A stretch of DNA of 32,000 nt from Bacteroidales bacterium (lineage in GTDB: Bacteria > Bacteroidota > Bacteroidia > Bacteroidales > ML635J-15), in the NCBI GenBank assembly GCA_017620015.1, contig JAFZRE010000022.1, forward strand, positions 28,893 to 60,892, written 5' to 3'. The stretch's first letter is position 1; the number at the start of each line of letters is the position of its first letter. Made by a program: the position numbers and the translations under genes. Shown here piece by piece: positions 8,522 to 15,414 of this stretch. Under the pieces are notes generated by a model. That model was not told where the DNA came from, did not search any database, and was given only the letters and a program-made list of their open reading frames with translations.

Positions 8522-8700
8522 AAAATCGGTCGTTAGAAAATATAGAAAGTTGTGGTCGGTCTTGTAAACGATTGTTATACAGATGTTTATGATTCAAATA
8601 TTCTAATGACCGCCATTAGAAAAATGTACTTGTAATAGCCTATACGTCAATTGTTTACAAGCGTAACCACTCATAACGACCCTTTAATGACCGATTGGGT
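8522..8700. repeat. Imperfect inverted repeat (about 55-nt arms)
   Basis: aatcggtcgtta...gtggtcggtcttgtaaacgattg compared with the reverse complement of caattgtttacaagcgtaaccac...taatgaccgatt. The word AATGACCG occurs at 8605 and 8686, and in the inverted orientation, with one mismatch (AACGACCG), at 8527. Confidence 0.35.
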
Positions 8701-8742
8701 TTATCGTTTTGTCATATGCATTCATAAAAAATATGATCATTC

Positions 8743-8820
8743 AGACCTCGGAGAGGTCTCATATTTATAGACAAAAACAATACATCAAACAACGACCCCA
8801 GTGGGGTCGAATATTATATG
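8743..8820 (+). repeat. REP-like doublet B: AGACCTC-GGA-GAGGTCT (8743-8759) + CGACCCC-AGT-GGGGTCG (8793-8809)
   Basis: Has the same layout as doublet C and is about 80 percent identical to it: hairpin + CATATTTATAGACA + spacer + hairpin + AATATTATAT. Confidence 0.75.
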
Positions 8821-8886
8821 TATCGAAAATTAACCGAACAGCAAAATGCTTTTGAAAATTACTTGTACAATTAAAATAATTTATAG

Positions 8887-8894
8887 TAGTTTTG
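8887..8894 (+). promoter_or_regulatory. -7 box TAGTTTTG with no downstream ORF
   Basis: Exact TAnnTTTG. The next element downstream is the terminator at 8949-8982. Confidence 0.3.
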
Positions 8895-8899
8895 CAATT

Positions 8900-8982
8900 G
8901 GAATTTATTCCACCAGCGACGTAGTGGGAATTTATTCCTGTTCGCACTAAAAGGCTTCCTATAAGAAGCCTTTTATTTTTTT
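8900..8982 (+). ncRNA. Candidate small RNA of about 80 nt (promoter-to-terminator cassette)
   Basis: Predicted start about 6-8 nt after the box at 8887-8894. Internal hairpin ATTCCAC-N10-GTGGGAAT, the word GGAATTTATTCC repeated twice, then an intrinsic terminator. There is no ORF. Confidence 0.25.
8949..8982 (+). terminator. Rho-independent terminator
   Basis: AAAAGGCTTC-ctataa-GAAGCCTTTT (10-bp stem) followed by ATTTTTTT. Confidence 0.65.
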
Positions 8983-9046
8983 GATATACCTATTGACATA
9001 TATCCTGCTCTCTGCAACCGTCCAAGACACAATGATTCAACAACTA

Positions 9047-9127
9047 CCGACCTCGGAGAGGTCACATATTTATAGACATAGCAAAAACGCTAGACAGCGA
9101 CCCCAGCGGGGTCGAATATTATATATG
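9047..9127 (+). repeat. REP-like doublet C: GACCTC-GGA-GAGGTC (9049-9063) + CGACCCC-AGC-GGGGTCG (9098-9114)
   Basis: Direct copy of doublet B, 304 nt downstream of it. Confidence 0.75.
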
Positions 9128-9172
9128 TTGAAATTTCGCTATAAACAAATGGAATGACTATCAAATTCTTCA

Positions 9173-9180
9173 TATATTTG
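9173..9180 (+). promoter_or_regulatory. -7 box TATATTTG upstream of the aminotransferase gene
   Basis: Exact TAnnTTTG 16 nt before the ATG at 9197. It lies inside the second copy of the 25-nt repeat. Confidence 0.45.
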
Positions 9181-9196
9181 CAAAAAATTTTCGAGT

Positions 9197-10318
9197 ATGA
9201 TACAGATGGTTGACTTAAAGTCGCAATACCTTAAAATAAAAGACGAAATTGACAGCGGTATTGCAAGAGTGATAAATAACACCGAATTTATTAACGGTCA
9301 GGATGTCAAGGATTTCCGCAAGGAACTTGCTACATATCTAAACGTTGGCAACGTGATAACCTGCGGAAACGGCACCGACGCCCTGCAAATTGCAATGATG
9401 GCTCTCGGACTGAAACCCGGCGACGAGGTTATCTCCACCGATTTCACATTCATCGCAACAGTCGAAACTATCGCCCTGCTGCAACTTACACCTGTTATGG
9501 TCGATGTTGACCCCGAAACCTATCTCATCAACCCCGACGAGATTGAAAAGGCAATCACTCCGCGCACAAAGGCAATAGTCCCCGTACACCTTTTCGGTCA
9601 GTGCGCCGATATGGAACGCATTATGGATATTGCACGCCGCCACAACCTTTATGTCATCGAGGACACCGCACAGGCAATAGGCAGCGACTACCATTTTTCT
9701 GACGGCACCGTGAAAAAAGCAGGAACAATCGGTCACATCGGCTGCACGTCGTTCTTCCCGTCGAAAAACCTCGGTTGCTACGGCGACGGCGGAGCATTGT
9801 TCACCAACGATGCCGAACTTGCCGAAAAAATCTCCTCCATCGTCAACCACGGTATGGAAATCCGCTACCACCACGACCGCATTGGCGTAAATTCACGCCT
9901 CGACACCATTCAGGCAGTAGTTCTCCGCGCAAAATTGCCTCACTTGGACGAGTACAACAACGCACGTCGCAAGGCTGCCGACTTCTACGACAAGGCTTTC
10001 GCCAACTGCACTAAAATCAGCACGCCCAAACGTGCCGACAAGACTACGCACACTTTCCACCAATATGTTGTCCGTCTCAATGGCGTTGACCGTACCGCGC
10101 TTATGGAACACCTTAAAGCAAAAGGAATTGCATCGGCAGTGTACTACCCTATCCCATTGCACAAACAGAAAGCATTTCAGGGATTCAAGTCAGACCCGAA
10201 CGCATTCCCCGTTACCGACAAGCTGTGCGAATCGGTAATGGCTCTGCCTATGAACACAGAACTCAGCGAAGAAACACTGAAATACATAACCGATTCGGTT
10301 TTAGAATTCGTGAAATAA
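9197..10318 (+). CDS. DegT/DnrJ/EryC1/StrS family sugar aminotransferase (PLP-dependent)
   Basis: GTDALQIAMMALGLKPGDEVI, VPVHLFGQCADM, VIEDTAQAIGS, and the PLP-lysine motif SFFPSKNLGCYGDGGA. 373 aa is the typical length. Confidence 0.9.
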   Translation: MIQMVDLKSQYLKIKDEIDSGIARVINNTEFINGQDVKDFRKELATYLNVGNVITCGNGTDALQIAMMALGLKPGDEVISTDFTFIATVETIALLQLTPVMVDVDPETYLINPDEIEKAITPRTKAIVPVHLFGQCADMERIMDIARRHNLYVIEDTAQAIGSDYHFSDGTVKKAGTIGHIGCTSFFPSKNLGCYGDGGALFTNDAELAEKISSIVNHGMEIRYHHDRIGVNSRLDTIQAVVLRAKLPHLDEYNNARRKAADFYDKAFANCTKISTPKRADKTTHTFHQYVVRLNGVDRTALMEHLKAKGIASAVYYPIPLHKQKAFQGFKSDPNAFPVTDKLCESVMALPMNTELSEETLKYITDSVLEFVK

Positions 10319-10330
10319 ATTGTATTCACG

Positions 10331-11149
10331 ATGAAAATTGCAGTCAAGATATTACTAGCCACAACGATAGCAGTATTTTGCTGCAATTTTTCATTTTCAC
10401 AGTTCATCAAGATGGACGACCGCGTGATTATTGCTGGCTATGTCCTTGACGAAGAAACCAATAAACCACTGATATACACCAACATATCAATCAAACACCG
10501 ACGTGAAGGCACAATAAGCGACACGTCAGGCTACTTTGCATTGTCGGCAAAAATGTACGATACAATACGTTTCTCGATGCTCGGCTACGAACGCAAGCAC
10601 GTTGTAATCGACGAAAAGGCAGTTGAACGAAACGAACCGCTTATTGTCAAGATGAAAACAACTGCATATATGCTACCGAGCGTTGACATTTTTGAGTGGC
10701 GCTACAACCAGTTGAAATACGAAGTCACCACCATGAACCTTCCCGATGACGACTATATTTATGCGCAACAAAATTTTCCAGTAAAACAGGCCGCCATCAG
10801 TTTCTACAACCGAACCGACAATAGCAGTGCAGGATTCTCGTTCAGTCCAATTACAGCACTTTACGAAAAATTCAGCAAGGAAGGCAAAGAACGGCAGAAA
10901 CTCGCCGAACTTCAAGAAAAAGACAAGGTTAGCCAACTTATTGAAGAACGCATAACTAACAGTCAAATTATGGAACTGACAGGTTTTACACAAGCAGAAA
11001 CATACAAGTTCCTCGACTGGTGCAATTTTTCCGCCGACTTCATCAACAGCATGAATGCCTACAATTTCATTATGGTTGTTAAACACAAGGCCGAGCAATA
11101 CAAGAAATTGAACCGAAGCGACAAAAGCGGAAAGATTTACCTTGAATAA
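10331..11149 (+). CDS. Hypothetical exported protein with a CarboxypepD_reg-like N-terminal domain
   Basis: Signal peptide, then IIAGYVLDEETNKPLIYTNISIK...GYFALSAKMYDTIRFSMLGYE. The C-terminal helical part was not recognised. Confidence 0.6.
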   Translation: MKIAVKILLATTIAVFCCNFSFSQFIKMDDRVIIAGYVLDEETNKPLIYTNISIKHRREGTISDTSGYFALSAKMYDTIRFSMLGYERKHVVIDEKAVERNEPLIVKMKTTAYMLPSVDIFEWRYNQLKYEVTTMNLPDDDYIYAQQNFPVKQAAISFYNRTDNSSAGFSFSPITALYEKFSKEGKERQKLAELQEKDKVSQLIEERITNSQIMELTGFTQAETYKFLDWCNFSADFINSMNAYNFIMVVKHKAEQYKKLNRSDKSGKIYLE

Positions 11150-11150
11150 T

Positions 11151-11223
11151 TGACAATGGACAATGGACAATTGATAATGGACAATTAATAATGGATAATT
11201 AATAATGGATAATGGACAATTTG
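11151..11223. repeat. Degenerate 7/14-nt tandem repeat (ACAATGG / ACAATTRATAATGG)
   Basis: tgacaatgg acaatgg acaattgataatgg acaattaataatgg ataattaataatgg ataatgg acaatttg, starting 2 nt after the stop codon. Confidence 0.7.
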
Positions 11224-11252
11224 TAGAGACGCGGCATGCCACGTCTCTACAA
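11221..11252. repeat. 32-nt near-perfect palindrome TTGTAGAGACGCGGCA|TGCCACGTCTCTACAA (core GACG-NN-GCATGC-NN-CGTC)
   Basis: Read directly. It has one C/A mismatch. The 18-nt core at 11228-11245 has the same pattern as the core at 4617-4634. Confidence 0.7.
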
Positions 11253-11317
11253 TTGCCAACCTTATAATTTCAATCAAAAAAATCACAAATTCCAAATCAT
11301 AAATCCCAAATTTGTTT

Positions 11318-11325
11318 TATCTTTG
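11318..11325 (+). promoter_or_regulatory. -7 box TATCTTTG
   Basis: Exact TAnnTTTG 28 nt upstream of the ATG at 11354. It overlaps the TTG start used by the ORF track (11312). Confidence 0.45.
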
Positions 11326-11353
11326 TGCATTATTAACATCAATTTTTTGTCTT

Positions 11354-13240
11354 ATGAGAAGATTTTATTATTTAATTATCGCAATGGCAACAGCAATGCT
11401 GATGTCAATCACTGCAAATTCACAGCAGGTGATAAACGAAGATTTTGAGTCATACGATGCCGGCTCGTATATGGCAACGGAAGTGCCTTCCCAGTGGGGA
11501 ACTTGGGGTGTCGGTCCATTGGGTGGTTTGATAAGCGAAGAACAAGCACACGGTGGAACCAAGTCTATGAAAGCATACAAAAACGGTTCTACAGACACCG
11601 ATGTCATCCTAAATTTGAACGATCGTACTACAGGTCGCTACAGAATAGAATTCTATATGTATATACCAGCAGGACACACTGGCTACTACAACATTCTACA
11701 GGATTACAACGAAGCAGACTCAAAATGGGGAATCCAGTTGACATTCAACGATGATACAGTCAAAATAGATGCCAACCAAAACCAGTACACACATTCGTAC
11801 ACTGCTGACTCGTGGACAAAAATTCAGCATTTTGTTGACCTTGACAACGACTGGGTTGATTTTTATCTAAACGATGAACTTGTAATCTCTTACCGATGGA
11901 GCAGAGGTACAAATGCAGGCGGAGTCAACAAACTTGATGCTATCGACTTCTACTCGCACACAGCCAACAACCAAGCTGGACTATACTACATTGATGACCT
12001 TGTAATTGAACAAGTTCCTGCACCAGCAGCACCAACAAACCTTACTGCCACAGTACAGAACGAAAGCGATGTCGTACTTAACTGGGAACCTGCCGATAAC
12101 GTTCAACTTGTTTATTACTCAATTTTGCGTGACCACGAAGTAGTTGCCACAACTACGGAAACCTCATACACCGATACGCATGTTTACCCTGGTTCATACG
12201 AATATAATGTACAGGCATACTGCGGAGCTGCAATCGGCTATTCCGACCTATCAAACACAGCACCAGCTGTTATCGAAGGTAGCGTTGAAAGGGAATTTGT
12301 ACTCGCCGAAGTATTCTCATACAAAAGTTGCGGCTATTGTCCATACGCAGCAAAGGCTCTCGACAATATGGAAGCAGCAGGAACTTTCGATATTATTGTT
12401 CTCGACCAACACATAACCGACACATACGGATACACAGAGTCAAATAACCGTTTCAACTACTGGGCAGGAAAGAACAATGAGTTCGGTCAGAACTATGGTT
12501 TTGATGGCACTCCTTCAATTGTTTTCGACGGATATGTTGGAATGTCTGGTGCATCAACAAATGTATCAGAAATGCAAGAAGCATATACCATTTACTACAA
12601 TCACGTAAAGAATATCAATTCTATATATAACCTTACTGCAGAATTGACACAGACCGAAGTAGGAAGCAAGACATTCACATTGAATGTTACCGCTGAAAAA
12701 CTTTCGGAATACTTTGGCAACGACCAGATTGTCGTAATGGCAGCTCTAGCAGAAGACATAGACTACAACTGGGGAGTAGCTAGAAAAATAAGCAACCTCG
12801 TCCGCGTTATATACCCCAACGCAAACGGTACAGTTGCAACTTTCGACGAAAACAACCAGTTCAGCACAAGCTACACAATCACCGTAAGCGACGACTACGA
12901 CATTTCAAAGTGCAAGGTTGTAGTATGGGTTGAAAATCACACTCAGGGACGCGTAATGCAGTCGAAGAGATTCAAGGTTAGCGACTACTATGTAACCAAT
13001 ATTGCTGAAGAAAGCACTGTTGCCAGCATCTACCCCAACCCATCGAACGGATTGTTCAACATTTCCGACAGCAACATTGAAAGCATTGAGGTTTACGACA
13101 TTACTGGAAAACTCGTAATGCAGCAGCAAGTTAATGCCGACAACGCAACAATCGACCTTACAAACTACGCAAAAGGAATTTACACCTTGAAGACATACAC
13201 TAACAGCATTGTAAAGTCTAACAAACTTATTGTAGAATAA
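11354..13240 (+). CDS. T9SS type A sorting domain-containing surface protein (LamG-like + FN3-like + Omp28/thioredoxin-like CxxC domain + Por CTD)
   Basis: The start was moved to the ATG at 11354 (MRRFYYLIIAMATAMLMSITANSQQ signal peptide). FN3-like PAAPTNLTATVQNESDVVLNWEP. FVLAEVFSYKSCGYCPY (Cys codons 12329-31 and 12338-40). C-terminal IYPNPSNGLFNI...IEVYDITGKLV...GIYTLK...KLIVE matches the T9SS CTD pattern. Confidence 0.8.
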   Translation: MRRFYYLIIAMATAMLMSITANSQQVINEDFESYDAGSYMATEVPSQWGTWGVGPLGGLISEEQAHGGTKSMKAYKNGSTDTDVILNLNDRTTGRYRIEFYMYIPAGHTGYYNILQDYNEADSKWGIQLTFNDDTVKIDANQNQYTHSYTADSWTKIQHFVDLDNDWVDFYLNDELVISYRWSRGTNAGGVNKLDAIDFYSHTANNQAGLYYIDDLVIEQVPAPAAPTNLTATVQNESDVVLNWEPADNVQLVYYSILRDHEVVATTTETSYTDTHVYPGSYEYNVQAYCGAAIGYSDLSNTAPAVIEGSVEREFVLAEVFSYKSCGYCPYAAKALDNMEAAGTFDIIVLDQHITDTYGYTESNNRFNYWAGKNNEFGQNYGFDGTPSIVFDGYVGMSGASTNVSEMQEAYTIYYNHVKNINSIYNLTAELTQTEVGSKTFTLNVTAEKLSEYFGNDQIVVMAALAEDIDYNWGVARKISNLVRVIYPNANGTVATFDENNQFSTSYTITVSDDYDISKCKVVVWVENHTQGRVMQSKRFKVSDYYVTNIAEESTVASIYPNPSNGLFNISDSNIESIEVYDITGKLVMQQQVNADNATIDLTNYAKGIYTLKTYTNSIVKSNKLIVE

Positions 13241-13254
13241 TAAATTTCAAAGAA

Positions 13255-14472
13255 GTGAATTTTGATGTAAAAGAAATCAGGAAGGACTTCCCGATACTTT
13301 CAGAAAAGGTTCATAACAAGCCGCTTGTCTATTTCGACAATGCAGCCACATCACAAAAGCCGCGAATAGTAATCGACACGATAGCCGAATACTATTCGCG
13401 CTTCAATTCGAACATTCATCGCGGTGTACACTACCTCAGCAACTTCGCCACCGAAGCCAATGAGCGTGCCCGCGAAACTGTTCGGAAATTCATAAACGCA
13501 AGTTCCACCGAAGAAATAATCTTCACGCGCGGAACTACCGAATCCATCAACCTTGTCGCCTACTCGTTCGGTGAGACTTTCATCGGCGAAGACGACGAAA
13601 TAATAGTCTCCGAAATGGAGCACCACTCCGACATCGTGCCGTGGCAACTCCTCTGCGACCGCAAAAAGTCCAAAATCAAGGTTCTGCCATTCGATGACAA
13701 CGGAGTTCTCGAAGTTGGAAAATTGGAATCGCTGATTACCGACCGCACAAAAATCGTTGCCGTTACGCAAATTTCCAACGTTCTCGGCACGGTAAATCCC
13801 ATAAAGGAAGTCATAGAAACCGCCCACAAGCACAACATTCCCGTCCTAATCGACGGAGCTCAGGGCGTACAGCATACAAATGTCGATGTTCAGGCACTCA
13901 ACTGCGATTTCTATGTGTTCTCGGGACACAAAACATACGGTCCTACCGGCGTAGGAGTACTTTACGGCAAAAAATCGCTTCTAGAACAGATGGTTCCCTA
14001 CCAAGGTGGTGGCGAAATGATCGAAAGCGTAAGCTTTGCCAAGACAACCTACAATGTGCTGCCGTTCAAGTTCGAAGCAGGAACCCCAAACTATATCGAT
14101 GCCATTGCCCTCGAAAAGGCAATTTTGTACATCCAGAATATTGGAATTCCAGAAATTGAAGCCTACGAGAAACAACTTCTCGACTATGCTACCGAACAGA
14201 TTTCGCAGTTCGACTGGGTAAGAATCATCGGCACTGCACCTCACAAGGCAAGCCTCATTTCGTTCGTAATGGACGGAATACACTTCTCCGATGCTGGTAT
14301 TCTCCTCGACCAACTTGGCATTGCAATCCGCACAGGCACACATTGCGCTGAACCAACAATGCAACATTTTGGAATCACAGGCACAGCGCGCGCATCGTTC
14401 GCATTCTACAACACAATGGAAGAAGTTGACGCACTTATCAACGGTTTGAAACGCATAAAAACAATGTTCTAA
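13255..14472 (+). CDS. sufS: Cysteine desulfurase, SufS type (class V aminotransferase)
   Basis: GTG start. IRKDFPIL, YFDNAATSQKP, NIHRGVHYLS, the PLP-lysine motif FSGHKTYGPTGVGVLYG, and the catalytic Cys in RTGTHCAEP. Confidence 0.9.
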   Translation: MNFDVKEIRKDFPILSEKVHNKPLVYFDNAATSQKPRIVIDTIAEYYSRFNSNIHRGVHYLSNFATEANERARETVRKFINASSTEEIIFTRGTTESINLVAYSFGETFIGEDDEIIVSEMEHHSDIVPWQLLCDRKKSKIKVLPFDDNGVLEVGKLESLITDRTKIVAVTQISNVLGTVNPIKEVIETAHKHNIPVLIDGAQGVQHTNVDVQALNCDFYVFSGHKTYGPTGVGVLYGKKSLLEQMVPYQGGGEMIESVSFAKTTYNVLPFKFEAGTPNYIDAIALEKAILYIQNIGIPEIEAYEKQLLDYATEQISQFDWVRIIGTAPHKASLISFVMDGIHFSDAGILLDQLGIAIRTGTHCAEPTMQHFGITGTARASFAFYNTMEEVDALINGLKRIKTMF

Positions 14473-15398
14473 TGGATAACGAACTGTTTTTCATAGTAAA
14501 TCCTAACTCCGGCAACAGCAAAGGTCGTATCTGGGACGAGATTTCAGCATATATGACCGAAAAAGGCATAAATTTCGGCTGTTACCTCACAAAATCTGCC
14601 AACGATGCAGTAAATGCCATTCCACAGATACTCAGTGAAGGGCACCGCAACCTTATTGTCCTCGGTGGCGACGGTACCACCAACGAGGTTGTGAACGGAA
14701 TTTTCTCGCAGACCGAAGTCCCCTACTCCGAAATCTGCCTCGGTTCAATTCCACAAGGCACAGCAAACGACTGGAACCGCTACTATGGCTGGGAAAACGA
14801 CTACAAGGCTTCAATCGAGCGACTGCTTAAACACAACATAACAAAACAGGATGTCGGCGTGGTAACATTCTCCGAAAATGGAGAAAGACGCACTAAATAT
14901 TTCATCAATAGCATTGGTTTTGGCTTTGATGCAGAAATTGTTAAGATGACAAACGAACTTTCGCACGAACAGCGTGGCAAGGAAATTACCTATCTGCTCA
15001 GTCTACTCAAATGCCTGTTGAAATGCAAGAAGCGTAATGTCTCAATCGAAGCCGAAGATTTCAAATTCAGTAGCAAGGTACTGTCAATCAGCATTGCCAA
15101 TGGAAAATATTCCGGTGGAGGAATGCAACAAACACCAGATGCCATCATAAACGACGGAGCATACGACATTTCCATATTCGGCGACATAGGCAAGTTCTTT
15201 GTTATTAGGAATGTAAGCAAACTTTACAACAGCACAATTAAGCAAATCAAAAACAAAAATGTCGTATTTGCCCGCACCGAAAACTGCATAAAGGTAACAT
15301 ACGACTGCCCAACTTTTGCCGAAACCGATGGAGAAATCATCGGCGACAGTCCATACGAGATTTCAATGATTAAGGGCGGACTGAATGTAATTGACTAA
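14472..15398 (+). CDS. Diacylglycerol kinase family lipid kinase (YegS/BmrU-like)
   Basis: FIVNPNSGNSKG and LIVLGGDGTTNEVVNG (DAGK catalytic motif). The TAATG stop/start overlap with sufS implies co-transcription. Confidence 0.85.
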   Translation: MDNELFFIVNPNSGNSKGRIWDEISAYMTEKGINFGCYLTKSANDAVNAIPQILSEGHRNLIVLGGDGTTNEVVNGIFSQTEVPYSEICLGSIPQGTANDWNRYYGWENDYKASIERLLKHNITKQDVGVVTFSENGERRTKYFINSIGFGFDAEIVKMTNELSHEQRGKEITYLLSLLKCLLKCKKRNVSIEAEDFKFSSKVLSISIANGKYSGGGMQQTPDAIINDGAYDISIFGDIGKFFVIRNVSKLYNSTIKQIKNKNVVFARTENCIKVTYDCPTFAETDGEIIGDSPYEISMIKGGLNVID

Positions 15399-15414
15399 AA
15401 TAAAGTAGAACACT

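Larger units (their letters stand above)
7925..9189 (+). mobile_element. RAYT + REP block bounded by an exact 25-nt direct repeat
   Basis: ATTCTTCATATATTTGCAAAAAATT occurs at 7925-7949 and 9165-9189. The AT-rich interior holds the RAYT gene and all six REP-like hairpins in the window. Confidence 0.45.

Noticed and set aside
8494-8592. A 32-codon Cys-containing ORF (MKMIQVYFIQNRSLENIESCGRSCKRLLYRCL) inside the REP field.
   Set aside because: It is very short, overlaps the left arm of the inverted repeat, and has no promoter or conserved motif. It is most likely fortuitous.
8415-9127. Whether the repeated hairpins form a CRISPR array.
   Set aside because: The repeats are only 17 nt, fully palindromic, irregularly spaced (33 to about 250 nt) and present in both orientations. 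There are no cas genes. The pattern fits REP elements next to a RAYT gene.
11312-11353. The TTG start proposed by the ORF track for the T9SS protein, and similarly TTG 19729 for the S9 peptidase.
   Set aside because: The extension at 11312 overlaps the -7 promoter box and adds non-signal-peptide residues. The ATG at 11354 gives a clean signal peptide. The extension at 19729 lies in the cutC/S9 divergent promoter region, and the ATG at 19804 gives a conserved-looking N-terminus.
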